The notes under the pieces: generated by a model
What the model saw: the letters and a program-made list of their open reading frames with translations, nothing else
What the model was told of the DNA's origin: nothing
Databases searched by the model: none
Program-made: the position numbers and the translations under genes
Origin: a virus
Virus record (IMG/VR): IMGVR_UViG_3300035683_000002
Span: 9,117-73,116 of that record
Direction: 5' to 3' (one strand)
Length of the DNA: 64,000 bases
In this document: in pieces, positions 17,756 through 26,444 of the stretch
How positions within the stretch are numbered: position 1 is the first letter of the stretch
Layout of the letters: the number at the start of each line of letters is the position of its first letter

Positions 17756-18171
17756 GGCCGGCCGAAGCGCCGGCCGTCGTGCCGGGCGCCGGTGATGCCC
17801 TCGACGAGCGTCTGCACCACCCGGTCCATGTGCTGCTGCACGCCCTGGCGCAGAATTTGGGCGAGGGCTTCGGGATTCGACATGCGGCCGATGCCGACCT
17901 CGAGCTCGGTCGCCGGCGTCGCGACGACGAGCCGCACGCCCTCCGCGGCCGGCTCGAGCGTGACGGTGGTGCGGTCGAGGACCCTGATCGCGGGATCCTC
18001 GATCACCCGCCGCACGAGCTGCTCGCGGGCGATCGCGTTGTAGCGCTGCGCCTTCAGCACCCGGAAGCCATCGACCAGCTCGCGGTAGGTCGCGTCGGGC
18101 TTGTCTGCGGCCAGCAGGATCTCCGCCTCGGTGCGGGCGGTCATGGAGGAATTCAGCCGGTCATCGGCCAT
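17752..18171 (-). CDS. Hypothetical phage protein
   Basis: 139 aa, coupled. Confidence 0.55.
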   Translation of the reverse strand: MADDRLNSSMTARTEAEILLAADKPDATYRELVDGFRVLKAQRYNAIAREQLVRRVIEDPAIRVLDRTTVTLEPAAEGVRLVVATPATELEVGIGRMSNPEALAQILRQGVQQHMDRVVQTLVEGITGARHDGRRFGRP

Positions 18172-18370
18172 CGTCGAGCTCCCCGGTGATGGGCGGCAGC
18201 ACGCGGTGCCGCACGCGCACGCAACGCGAGTAGGCGACCGGGCGATTCGTGAGCTCGTAGTGGAGCACCTGCGCCGGCGCGGCCTCGAGGCAGGTCTCCG
18301 GCGAGACGAACCAGTGGAGCGCCGGCGCGTCGCCGAGCGTGAAGACGACCATCAGGACCCAGACCGGCAT
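18161..18370 (-). CDS. Small hypothetical protein
   Basis: ATG 18370 overlapping the upstream TGA. Confidence 0.45.
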   Translation of the reverse strand: MPVWVLMVVFTLGDAPALHWFVSPETCLEAAPAQVLHYELTNRPVAYSRCVRVRHRVLPPITGELDDGR

Positions 18371-18594
18371 CAGCGTCGCGCCCCCGCGGCGGCGTGCCAG
18401 GCCCGCATGCCGGCCTCGGTCGCGTGGTTGCCGCGCGCGGTCCGCGAGACGTACCCCGCCTCCCACAGCCGGTTCCTCGCCGCGCGGTCGCGGATCTCGG
18501 CATCCTGGAGCGTGCGGTTCTCGGCGGTGGCGATGCGCGAGAATTCCGCCCAGTCGTCGTGCGGGATCTCGATGTCGCTGGGCTTCAGATGCAT
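18370..18594 (-). CDS. Hypothetical protein
   Basis: 74 aa. Confidence 0.5.
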   Translation of the reverse strand: MHLKPSDIEIPHDDWAEFSRIATAENRTLQDAEIRDRAARNRLWEAGYVSRTARGNHATEAGMRAWHAAAGARR

Positions 18595-18821
18595 GGCCTC
18601 TCTGCCTTGATCGCGCCGGCGATGGCCTCGCGCTTCAGTCCGTCGAGCTGGCCCGGCCGGAGCTCGGCCGCGGTCGCGGTGACGAAGTCGATCGAGACCT
18701 CGGCGCCGCCGTAGAAGGCGCGCCGCGCCAGCTCCCGCGCCGACCGGCTCTGGCCGGCCTCGATCGCGGCGCGCTCGAAGCGGCGCCAGGCATCGTCGAG
18801 GGTCAGCAGGGGAGCGGGCAT
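18585..18821 (-). CDS. Conserved hypothetical phage protein
   Basis: ATG 18821; DAWRRF...RRAFYGGA pattern. Confidence 0.55.
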   Translation of the reverse strand: MPAPLLTLDDAWRRFERAAIEAGQSRSARELARRAFYGGAEVSIDFVTATAAELRPGQLDGLKREAIAGAIKAERPCI

Positions 18822-19171
18822 GGGCTGCTCCTGATGTGCTCGTAGAGCGCCGGCGCCGCGGGGCACTGCATGACGCAGAGGGCCTCGGTGCCGGGCTCGA
18901 AGCTGGCGCAGAGCCCGGGGCGATGGGCGTGCTCGCCGCAGCGCCCCTCGGCGGTCAGCAGCGGGCACCACATCCGCCAGGTGCCGCGGCTGTCCTTCCA
19001 GAGCGGCAGGAAGGGCAGGCCGACCACCGGGCGGCCCTCGCAGTCGGAGGTGTAGACGCGGGCAAGCCGCACCAGCAGATCGGCCGCGGTGTCGGGCTGG
19101 CCGTCGTGGAAATTGAGGTTGAACCCGCTGCAGCAGCGGCCGGGCACCGCGCAGGCGTCGCAGGTGCTCAC
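18803..19171 (-). CDS. YkgJ-family cysteine-cluster protein
   Basis: CDACAVPGRCC...CPLLTAEGRCGEHAHRPGLC. Confidence 0.7.
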   Translation of the reverse strand: MSTCDACAVPGRCCSGFNLNFHDGQPDTAADLLVRLARVYTSDCEGRPVVGLPFLPLWKDSRGTWRMWCPLLTAEGRCGEHAHRPGLCASFEPGTEALCVMQCPAAPALYEHIRSSPCPLPC

Positions 19172-19452
19172 CGCCACACGTCCTCGAGGAGGCCCGAGCG
19201 CGGCTGGATCTCGACCGGGGCGAGGAGCGGGTATTCGGCGAGCTGGCGGCCGATCGAGAGTGCCGCTTTCCGCTCCACCGGCTCGAGCTCCTCGACCCAG
19301 ATCACCCGGTAGCTGAGGACCGGCCCCCAGGCGGTGAAGGTGAGCACCGGGTAGAGGGTCCAGCCCCGGGGAAGGGCGTCGAGCACCGCGGCCGGGACGC
19401 CGGCGCCCGCGAGCGTGTCCCGGGCCGTCAGGTCGAAGTCGATCGCTACCAC
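19168..19452 (-). CDS. Hypothetical protein
   Basis: 94 aa, coupled. Confidence 0.5.
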   Translation of the reverse strand: MVAIDFDLTARDTLAGAGVPAAVLDALPRGWTLYPVLTFTAWGPVLSYRVIWVEELEPVERKAALSIGRQLAEYPLLAPVEIQPRSGLLEDVWR

Positions 19453-20153
19453 GAGGTGACCGCCTTCAGGGCGGAGCGGGGCAGCGCCGGGATCGCGTCG
19501 CCCTCCTCGCGTGGGGCGCCCTTGGTGCGGACGTAGGCGATCGCCGCGTGGTCGGCGCAGTAGGGGCCGCGCGCCCGCGGCGCATCGCAGTAGCGGAAGC
19601 CCGGCTCCTTCGGCACGCCGATCGGCCAGGAGCAGAGGCCGCGGTCGCGCGTGTGGAAGGGCGTCGCCGGCGCCGGCGGGGAGGGGTCCTCGACCACTTC
19701 TGAGTCAACGGCCTCGGGGTCGTCGAACAGCTCGACGACCTCCTCGAGCATCGCGGGGTAGGGGTCGGAGGCCTCGAGCAGCTCGGGGAGCTCGGGCCGC
19801 ACGCGGCGCCGGTTCATCTCCTCCGCCCGCGTGGCGATGATCGAGGCCTGGCGCGCCTCGGCCTCGCGCAGCGCCCCGGCGCCGCGCTTCGGGCCCTTCC
19901 GGGCGTGCTTAGCGCGCGGTGCCGCGCCCTCGGCCGCGTCCTCGCCGCCTGCCGGGGCGCGGGCCCTGCCGCCGATCGGGCTCGCGCGCTTGGTCCAGCC
20001 TTGCCGGTAGCGCAGCCCCACCACCGAGTTCTTCGACATGCCGAAGCGCTCGCCCATCTGGCTCGCGCTCAGCCCCTCCCGCTCCCAGGCGTCTTTCATC
20101 CGTTCGAGCTTTTCGGGGTCCGGCGGCTCGGGGCGGAACGGGAAGCCTGTCAT
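19446..20153 (-). CDS. gcrA: GcrA cell-cycle-regulator homologue
   Basis: N-terminal HTH EGLSASQMGERFGMSKNSVVGLRYR and C-terminal CSWPIGVP...FRYC...PYCADHAAIAY. Confidence 0.85.
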   Translation of the reverse strand: MTGFPFRPEPPDPEKLERMKDAWEREGLSASQMGERFGMSKNSVVGLRYRQGWTKRASPIGGRARAPAGGEDAAEGAAPRAKHARKGPKRGAGALREAEARQASIIATRAEEMNRRRVRPELPELLEASDPYPAMLEEVVELFDDPEAVDSEVVEDPSPPAPATPFHTRDRGLCSWPIGVPKEPGFRYCDAPRARGPYCADHAAIAYVRTKGAPREEGDAIPALPRSALKAVTSW

Positions 20154-20445
20154 GCGTGCGCTCGCGGCGGGGAACCTTCTGATGCCGAATGCGCAACTCC
20201 GCCGGTCCCCTCACGAGCACGACCTGGTCAATGCATCGGGCTCGCAGGACGAGGCCGAAGAACTCCACGTCGATCCCGTGCGGGAGCACCAGCTCCGACC
20301 CGTCCGCCTGCCGGAACACCATCTGGTAGCTCGGCTCGCATCCGGGTTCGGTCAGGGTCCGGCGACGCTGGTAGGTCAGCGGGACGGGGAACGCCCCGCC
20401 CTCGACCACCAGGATGTCGCCGGAGCGCACTTTGCGGATGAGCAT
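19909..20445 (-). CDS. Hypothetical protein, weakly CsrA-like; frame extends 245 nt into gcrA
   Basis: ATG 20445, MLIRKVRSGDILVV...QVVLVRGPAELRIRHQK; first gene after the operator pair at 20502/20522. Confidence 0.4.
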   Translation of the reverse strand: MLIRKVRSGDILVVEGGAFPVPLTYQRRRTLTEPGCEPSYQMVFRQADGSELVLPHGIDVEFFGLVLRARCIDQVVLVRGPAELRIRHQKVPRRERTHDRLPVPPRAAGPRKARTDERRLGAGGAEREPDGRALRHVEELGGGAALPARLDQAREPDRRQGPRPGRRRGRGRGRGTAR

Positions 20446-20500
20446 CAGCCTGCAGCCGCCTTTATCAGCATGGCCTCGCCCCCATCCGGGGCGGTAAGGA

Positions 20501-21148
20501 TCACAAAACGGTGGGATCAGCAACAAGGGTTTGTGTTTCGGCCCCCGCTGTGATCGCCGCCAGCAGCAGCTCCGGCTTCACCTGGACGAACCGCCCCAGC
20601 ACGAGGGAGGGCGCCGCGAAGAGCGGGGTCTTCGACGCCTCGAGCGCCGCGTTCACCCGCTCGTCGCCACCCTCCTCCACCGGGGTCCGCCCCAAGATCC
20701 TGGGGGAGACCTGCCAGGACCAGGCGCGCCACACCCGCAACACCCCGGCCAGCGCCAGGCCCCGCAGATGCGGGCACTGGGTGAGCGCGGTCGCCGCGCA
20801 GTCCTCGTGCATCGGCAACCCATCGCGGATGAGCGGCTTGGCGATCTGCGTCTCGCCGGTGCTGAAGACCACCGCCGGCGACAGCTCGACCCGCAGCGGC
20901 TTGGCGCAGATCTGACACAGGTGGTTCGCCACCAGGTGCAGCACGCGGCCCGTGTGCAGCTGGCCGAGGCGCGGGCGCCCATCGCCGGGCCGATCAGCCT
21001 CCTCGCAGAGGAAGGGCAACTTCTTCCCGGCGATCTTCACCGTCCGGACAGTGAGCGGACCGCCCTCCTCGCCGGACCACATCGTTGGCCAGGGCACGAT
21101 CACCGCACCCCAGGCCAGCGGCGCCTCCGCGCCGTTCATCGCTTCCAT
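20501..21148 (-). CDS. Conserved hypothetical phage protein (Cys/His cluster)
   Basis: VPWPTMWSGE...LCQICAKPL...PMHEDCA...QCPHL. Confidence 0.65.
   Translation of the reverse strand: MEAMNGAEAPLAWGAVIVPWPTMWSGEEGGPLTVRTVKIAGKKLPFLCEEADRPGDGRPRLGQLHTGRVLHLVANHLCQICAKPLRVELSPAVVFSTGETQIAKPLIRDGLPMHEDCAATALTQCPHLRGLALAGVLRVWRAWSWQVSPRILGRTPVEEGGDERVNAALEASKTPLFAAPSLVLGRFVQVKPELLLAAITAGAETQTLVADPTVL
20502..20535. promoter_or_regulatory. Tandem degenerate operators
   Basis: CACAAAACGGTGGG (20502) and AACAAGGGTTTGTG (20522). Confidence 0.5.
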
Positions 21149-21196
21149 CGTCGCTCCTTGAGGAGACCGCGCCATCACTGCCGCGGTCTCCGGTGC

Positions 21197-21478
21197 TCAG
21201 GCCGTGGCGGCCGCGCGGGCCTTGCCGGTGCCGCGCTTCGGCACGGCCCGCGCGGGGCGGTCGGCCAGGTCGCGCTCCGGGGCCGCCTTCGCCGCCGTCG
21301 CCGGCGCCGCCTTGTGGACGATGCGGGACGCCGCCGGCGTCGCCTTCGTCACTTTCGGCGTCGCGGCCGCGGTGACCTTCGGGCGCTTCGGGGTGGTGGT
21401 GACCTTCGGCTTGGCGGCCGTCTTCGTCACCTTCGGCTTGGCGGCCGCGCGGGCCTTCGTCGTGGTGGCAGCGGGCAT
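21197..21478 (-). CDS. Histone H1-like basic K/A/T/P-rich protein
   Basis: Repeated KPKVT/PKVT motifs, strongly basic, 93 aa. Confidence 0.6.
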   Translation of the reverse strand: MPAATTTKARAAAKPKVTKTAAKPKVTTTPKRPKVTAAATPKVTKATPAASRIVHKAAPATAAKAAPERDLADRPARAVPKRGTGKARAAATA

Positions 21479-21548
21479 GATGCCCTCCTGTTCGCGGGGC
21501 GGGAGGGAGACGGGCCGCCGCGGCCCCGGTGCGCGGCGGCCGAGCCCG

Positions 21549-21722
21549 TCAGACGGCTCGGCCGAGGAGCACGCCGGCGCAGAAGGAGATCCCGAGGGCG
21601 GCGCCGACGCCCGCCCAGGTGCCCGGCGGCAGGCCCGCCACCGCGGCCATCGCGTGACCGACGAAGGTGGCGCCGGCGACGATCAGGCCCATCGACCCGG
21701 CGATGCTCAGCGGGCGGACCAT
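21549..21722 (-). CDS. Small two-TM membrane protein (57 aa, below track cutoff)
   Basis: MVRPLSIAGSMGLIVAGATFVGHAMAAVAGLPPGTWAGVGAALGISFCAGVLLGRAV. Confidence 0.5.
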   Translation of the reverse strand: MVRPLSIAGSMGLIVAGATFVGHAMAAVAGLPPGTWAGVGAALGISFCAGVLLGRAV

Positions 21723-21723
21723 C

Positions 21724-22194
21724 CTAGAAGGTCTCCTCTTCGTCGTGCCGCTCGCCGAGGAGGCTCACCCCCAGCGCCCGCTGGAAGACGTTCGGGTTCG
21801 GCACGTGCCTCTCGATCCAGCGCTCCGCCTGGATGGCCTGGAACCAGGGCGCGTTGCTCCGCATCGCGAGGACGCCGGGCGGCACGCCGCCGGTGAACGA
21901 CAGGCGGTTCAGGACCCTCTCGCGGCGACGGTACTCCCGCCCGACGGCGATGCGATAGGCCCGCATCGCGGCCTCGCGCACCGGATCGGCGGGGTTCGCC
22001 TTCTCCATCGAGGTTACGGCCATGCCGGCCTCGATCGCGCCGTAGTCTCGGCCGACATAGCCCCCCTGAGCCAAGCCGCCCGTGTAGCGCCGGAGGGTGC
22101 CGACCGTCGGCCCGCCGAGCGCCCCCCCGCGCGCCAGGGGCATCGCGGCGCCGGCGGCGCCGAGGAGGCCGAGGAAGCCGCGCCGCCCGGCCAT
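21724..22194 (-). CDS. Phage protein with twin-arginine-like N-terminus
   Basis: MAGRRGFLGLLGAAGAAMPLA. Confidence 0.55.
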   Translation of the reverse strand: MAGRRGFLGLLGAAGAAMPLARGGALGGPTVGTLRRYTGGLAQGGYVGRDYGAIEAGMAVTSMEKANPADPVREAAMRAYRIAVGREYRRRERVLNRLSFTGGVPPGVLAMRSNAPWFQAIQAERWIERHVPNPNVFQRALGVSLLGERHDEEETF

Positions 22195-22628
22195 CAGTGG
22201 AGGCCCTCGCGCCCGCGGACGGCCCGCGACCGGGCCAGGGTGCCGAGGATGTCGAGCCGCATCCCCTCCTTCCGGCGGGCCTCGGCGTGTACCCGCGTGG
22301 TGGAGACCGTCCCCTCGTACTCCTCCTGCGTCACCGCCTCGATCTTCGTCTCCTGGCGGAGCAGGCAGACCATGGTCCCATGCGCCGGGGGGTCCTTCAC
22401 CCCGGCCGCGACGGTCGCGGCGATCTCGGGCAGGAGGCCGGCGATCGCCCGCTCCTGGCAGTGTCCGACGCCGTGAAGCACCTTGCGGAGCGCCTCCGCG
22501 TGCTCGGGGTGACTGGGCTGGTAGACCACCAGCTCGAGCGTCAGGCGGACGCGGGTCGGGCCGGAGAGGTCGGCGCGGTAGGCCTCGACCTCCTCCTGGG
22601 TGGGGGCCTGGCCATCGGGCGGGGTCAT
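22194..22628 (-). CDS. Hypothetical phage protein
   Basis: ATG 22628, ATGA overlap. Confidence 0.55.
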   Translation of the reverse strand: MTPPDGQAPTQEEVEAYRADLSGPTRVRLTLELVVYQPSHPEHAEALRKVLHGVGHCQERAIAGLLPEIAATVAAGVKDPPAHGTMVCLLRQETKIEAVTQEEYEGTVSTTRVHAEARRKEGMRLDILGTLARSRAVRGREGLH

Positions 22629-23251
22629 TCCGGAAGTTCCCATTCTGGTTGCAGGGCGGGGTTGGGGGTGGCGGGTCGCTTCCAGACGAGGGAGCGGGCG
22701 GCGTCGGCCATGGTGAGAGGATGGCCGGGAATGCCCTCCTTCGTCAGCCGCATCGCCCGCAGCACGACGCCGGCGCGCAGCAGCCGCGCCTCGAGGCGGG
22801 CCGCGTGAACCCGAAGCCGGGGGTGGGGCGGCACGCCCCAGGCGCAGACGACATGCGGGCGCCAGCGGCGGACCGCGTCGAGGATCCGCTGATGGTTCTC
22901 GGGGCCGCAGGGGTCGCCCACCGCCAGGAGGTGCTTCGGGCTGGAGGCGCGCCAGCCCATGGCATTGGCCATCAGGAGGCGGCGCGCCCCCCAGGCGCGG
23001 GCGAACTTCCAACCCTTGGAGGCGATGTCGTCGTCGACGTCGGCCCGGGCCCAGCCTGGGTGCATGCAGATGAACATGAGCGTCGGCGCGCTAGGCGGCG
23101 CGCCGGCGAGCTCGCGCAGGAGGATCCAGCGATAGGCGCCGCAGGGGGAGAAGTGGGCATCGCCGGCGACGCCTGGAGCCAGCGGCAGCTCGACCCCCCG
23201 GCCTCCGGTGACCGGAAGCAGGGCAGCCGGCGAACCGGGTTCGAGACGCAT
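22625..23251 (-). CDS. DUF1643-family protein
   Basis: AHFSPCGAYRWIL...MFICMHPGWA..DVDD...GDPCGPEN...VVCAWG. Confidence 0.75.
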   Translation of the reverse strand: MRLEPGSPAALLPVTGGRGVELPLAPGVAGDAHFSPCGAYRWILLRELAGAPPSAPTLMFICMHPGWARADVDDDIASKGWKFARAWGARRLLMANAMGWRASSPKHLLAVGDPCGPENHQRILDAVRRWRPHVVCAWGVPPHPRLRVHAARLEARLLRAGVVLRAMRLTKEGIPGHPLTMADAARSLVWKRPATPNPALQPEWELPE

Positions 23252-23586
23252 CAGACCAGGCGGGATCCCGCGTCGGCCATCCGGCGGACCATGTCCGACC
23301 CGGGGGCCGTCAGCCTCACGCGCACCAGCCGGCGATCCCTCGGGTCCTCGTAGCGGGTCGCCAGTCGGGCCTCGACGAGCTTGTCGACGGCGCGGGTGGC
23401 GACCGGCTTGGCGACCGCGAGGAGGCGCGCGTAGTGGCCGGTGGAGCGCTCCGGGTCGAGGTGGAGCGCCACCAGCAGCGCGAGCTGGCGGGTGGAGAGC
23501 GGTGCCACGTCGGGGAAGCGAACGGCCTCCTGCAGGGCGGCGTGCAGGCCCTCGGGGCTCATTGGGGTGACATTCTGGGTTTCCAT
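23251..23586 (-). CDS. MarR-family winged-helix regulator
   Basis: LSTRQLALL...KPVATRAVDKLVEARLATRYEDPRDRRLVRVRLT. Confidence 0.85.
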   Translation of the reverse strand: METQNVTPMSPEGLHAALQEAVRFPDVAPLSTRQLALLVALHLDPERSTGHYARLLAVAKPVATRAVDKLVEARLATRYEDPRDRRLVRVRLTAPGSDMVRRMADAGSRLV

Positions 23587-23596
23587 GATTCGCCTT

Positions 23597-23731
23597 TCAG
23601 GATCCATCGCGCGCGGAGACGAGCTGACGGACGCGGCTTCGGAAAACCTCGCGCCCCTCCAGCAGCAGCTCGTCGAACTCGTCGCCCCCGATGCCTGCGA
23701 CTGCGCAGACGTTCGCCGCTGTGTTTAGCAT
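23597..23731 (-). CDS. Small hypothetical protein
   Basis: ATG 23731, 44 aa. Confidence 0.3.
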   Translation of the reverse strand: MLNTAANVCAVAGIGGDEFDELLLEGREVFRSRVRQLVSARDGS

Positions 23732-23807
23732 GCGGCGCGTCGTGGCACGGGCGCTGTCGATCGCCACCGGTGCGGGTGGCTCAGCGGTGGTGATCGCGTT
23801 CAAGGTT

Positions 23808-24197
23808 CTAGATCCTGATGGCCCGGCGTGTGCTCTCGCTCGTACGCCAGGCGTCGATCGTGAGTTCGGCGTGACGCCGCTTCGCATAGAGCGTTTCCGC
23901 GTCCAGCGTTGCGTCGTGCAATTCGGTGACTGCGGCCTCATACCGCTTGGAGGTCAACGCTTCAGCCTCACGTTTGTCCACGGTGCTCTCGCCCGAATGG
24001 AGCACACCCATGGACCTGTGCACCTTCACCATGTGCTCAGCACGGGCCTGGCGGGCACGGGCGCGGCCGATCTGCGACGCGCTCTCCCAGAGGAAGTCGA
24101 GGCACTTCTGCACCTCGTCCTCCTGAATCATCGGCGGCGGCGCCGGGATCCCGGAGCCGCCGCGGGGTTGCTGATGCTGGCTTCTGCGATCGCTCAT
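23808..24197 (-). CDS. Helical phage protein linked to the recombination genes
   Basis: REAEALTSKRY...LYAKRRHAELTIDAWRT; TGATG-coupled to the ERF gene. Confidence 0.6.
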   Translation of the reverse strand: MSDRRSQHQQPRGGSGIPAPPPMIQEDEVQKCLDFLWESASQIGRARARQARAEHMVKVHRSMGVLHSGESTVDKREAEALTSKRYEAAVTELHDATLDAETLYAKRRHAELTIDAWRTSESTRRAIRI

Positions 24198-25318
24198 CAA
24201 TGCCGATGGCCGTTGGGTGGTCGCCGGTCATCCCGCCGCCCGCCGCGGCCGGAGCCGGAGGGAGGCTGGCGCGGTCCCGCCGGGGAGGGATACTCGATGC
24301 CGCTGACCGGCGGCGGATCGGCGTTGCCGTAGCGCTGGCGGAAGCCGTCGACGAAGTATCCGAGTTGCACGCTGCTCATCTTTCGCAGCAGCTGCGCGTG
24401 GTCGTCCCAGACGATGCTCGCTGCGCGGTAGTCGTCGGCGGCCTTGTTCAGCTTCGCCTTGAAGGCGTCGAGGTCCTCGCGCGTGGCGACGGGGAAGCCA
24501 TCGTCGAGCGGCGGCTGCGCGGTGCCTTCCCGAAGGTGGGTGCCCTGCTCGTCCGTCCGGGCCAGCCCGGGGGGAGGGGCCTCGCCGGCGTCGCGCATGC
24601 GCGCCGGCCCCACCGAGACGCGGCGCGGCGCCGGCGGCCCGGAGGGGCCCGGCGCGTCGCGCTCATGGCTGTCAGGGTCGCGGTCGCCGGCCGCCAGCGG
24701 GTCGTCGCCGGCGGCGATGCCGAACTTCGACTTCGCCCAGTCCTTCCAGGCGAGCGAGCGCGCCTTGCTGAAGGCCTTCTCGTCGATGCCGCCGCGGTCG
24801 GCGATCCGCACGAAGACGTGGACCGTCTCCGGATGCGCCTCGAGGTTGGGCTCGTCGACCGCGTAGAGCGCGAAATGGTAGGCGAGGCAGACAACCCGGT
24901 TCGACACCGGCACCGCGCGCAGCTCCTGCTGGCGCCAGGAGATGCCGTGGCGGCCGCAGAGGCGGCCGATGGTGTTGCGGACGTCGTCGATCGTCGCGTG
25001 CTCGAAGCCGTGGTGGTCGTTCCTGCCGCGCTTCTCGATCCAATCCAGCTCGGCGAGCACCGCGGAGAGGCGGGTGTTGACCAGCGCCGAGACGCCGATC
25101 GCGATCTTCATGTCCTCGCGGGCGCCGATGAAGTCGGCGCTGTTGAACGCCGCGCAGAAGGGGCCGGTGAAGTCGTGGCCCTCATGCGGGGGCGTGTAGT
25201 CGCGGTCGCGATCGTCGCGGCCGCGGCCGCCGGAGCGCCGCGACGGCGCGCTGCGGACGTCCTGCTCATAGACCTCGGGCGGCGGGCTGGGTGGCCCCAT
25301 GAAATTTCCATCAGGCAT
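24197..25318 (-). CDS. ERF-family single-strand annealing protein
   Basis: KRGRNDHHGFEHATIDDV...HGISWRQ...KARSLAWKDW...FGIAAGDD..DPD core; follows the YqaJ gene. Confidence 0.7.
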   Translation of the reverse strand: MPDGNFMGPPSPPPEVYEQDVRSAPSRRSGGRGRDDRDRDYTPPHEGHDFTGPFCAAFNSADFIGAREDMKIAIGVSALVNTRLSAVLAELDWIEKRGRNDHHGFEHATIDDVRNTIGRLCGRHGISWRQQELRAVPVSNRVVCLAYHFALYAVDEPNLEAHPETVHVFVRIADRGGIDEKAFSKARSLAWKDWAKSKFGIAAGDDPLAAGDRDPDSHERDAPGPSGPPAPRRVSVGPARMRDAGEAPPPGLARTDEQGTHLREGTAQPPLDDGFPVATREDLDAFKAKLNKAADDYRAASIVWDDHAQLLRKMSSVQLGYFVDGFRQRYGNADPPPVSGIEYPSPAGPRQPPSGSGRGGRRDDRRPPNGHRH

Positions 25319-26312
25319 GCGCAGGATCCTCCTGTTCGCTCTCTTCCGGCTCGATGCTGCAGGCGCCGTTTCTGGCGACGCTTGCCGTAAGGCCCGCACC
25401 GAAGGCCTTGCGGTGTCCGGCGCTCTTCGCGCGGAGCTTCAGGGCCTCGATGGCCTCGCGGTGGCGGCGCGCGGCGTCGCGCGTCTCGCGCCAGGTGGTG
25501 GCGGCATCGACCCAGACATTGTCGGTGGAGAGATCGACCTCGCCGACGAGGACGGGCTTGGCGGCGACGGGTTCGCGCACCGGGAAGACCACCGGATCCC
25601 GGCCGTCCTGAACCGCCCGCCAGAAGCGGGCCTCCTCCTCGTAGAGCAGGCCGAGGTAGTGGAGGTCGAGCTCCACCGCGAAGAGGTGGACGCGCGGGCC
25701 CTGGTTGTAGACCGCGAGCATCGTGCCCGCGGCGTCGGCGACGTAGGGCTCGTGGGTGAGCTGGCCGGCGAGGTCCTGGACGATGTTCTCCAGGCGGTAC
25801 CACGGACTGTAGAACTTCGCCTGTACCACCCAGGGCTGGCCCTCCCACTCGTCGAGCCAGCCGTCGAGCGTCGCGTGCATCCAGTCGTTGCGGCGCGAGT
25901 AGACGCGCTCGCCGCGGCGGGTGATCTGCCGGCCGAGGTAGCGCTCGGTCTGGGCGAGGATGAAGGGCTCCATCCAGTGACCGGCCGAGGCGTTGAGGGT
26001 GGAGCTCGGGGCCTCCACCAGCTCGCCGCGCTTCTGCCGGCCGAGCCGGTTCAGCCGGGCGAGGCGGGAGGTGAGGTCGCGGGCGAGGCCTTCGACGTGG
26101 TCGGGCTCGGCCTTGGCGATGATGTTCGCGTCCGAGCCGCCGATCGAGGCGCGGCGGCTGACGAGGTCCTCGGCGGTGAGGCCGAGGCGGTCGAGGTCGG
26201 CGATGCCGTCGGGGCGGATCCCGTGGCGCGCGAGGGCGGCGGTGAGGGCGGCCTGGAACTCGGGCGTGCGGGTGATGTCGCCCGCCTCCGCGACCGCTGC
26301 GCTACCCGTCAT
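25311..26312 (-). CDS. YqaJ-like viral recombination exonuclease
   Basis: RRASIGGSDA...GHWMEP...WMHATLDG...VVQAK; ATG 26312. Confidence 0.8.
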   Translation of the reverse strand: MTGSAAVAEAGDITRTPEFQAALTAALARHGIRPDGIADLDRLGLTAEDLVSRRASIGGSDANIIAKAEPDHVEGLARDLTSRLARLNRLGRQKRGELVEAPSSTLNASAGHWMEPFILAQTERYLGRQITRRGERVYSRRNDWMHATLDGWLDEWEGQPWVVQAKFYSPWYRLENIVQDLAGQLTHEPYVADAAGTMLAVYNQGPRVHLFAVELDLHYLGLLYEEEARFWRAVQDGRDPVVFPVREPVAAKPVLVGEVDLSTDNVWVDAATTWRETRDAARRHREAIEALKLRAKSAGHRKAFGAGLTASVARNGACSIEPEESEQEDPAHA

Positions 26313-26340
26313 CCCGCCTCCGCAACCTAAACACCTGTGT

Positions 26341-26369
26341 AATACCACAGCACTTTGTGTTTCGGTCAA
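26341..26369 (-). promoter_or_regulatory. Repressor-controlled promoter with an operator in its spacer
   Basis: Minus strand TTGACC-N17-GGTATT; operator CACAGCACTTTGTG at 26346-26359, identical to the cro/cI site. Confidence 0.7.
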
Positions 26370-26393
26370 GCGCCGATCAGGCGCCCGGAACGC

Positions 26394-26431
26394 AAAAAGG
26401 CCCCGCCCCCGGGATCTCCGGCGACGGGGCC
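26394..26431 (-). terminator. Terminator closing cassette array A
   Basis: Minus strand GGCCCCG...CGGGGCC hairpin followed by TTTTT. Confidence 0.75.
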
Positions 26432-26444
26432 TCTGGTGGCCGGA

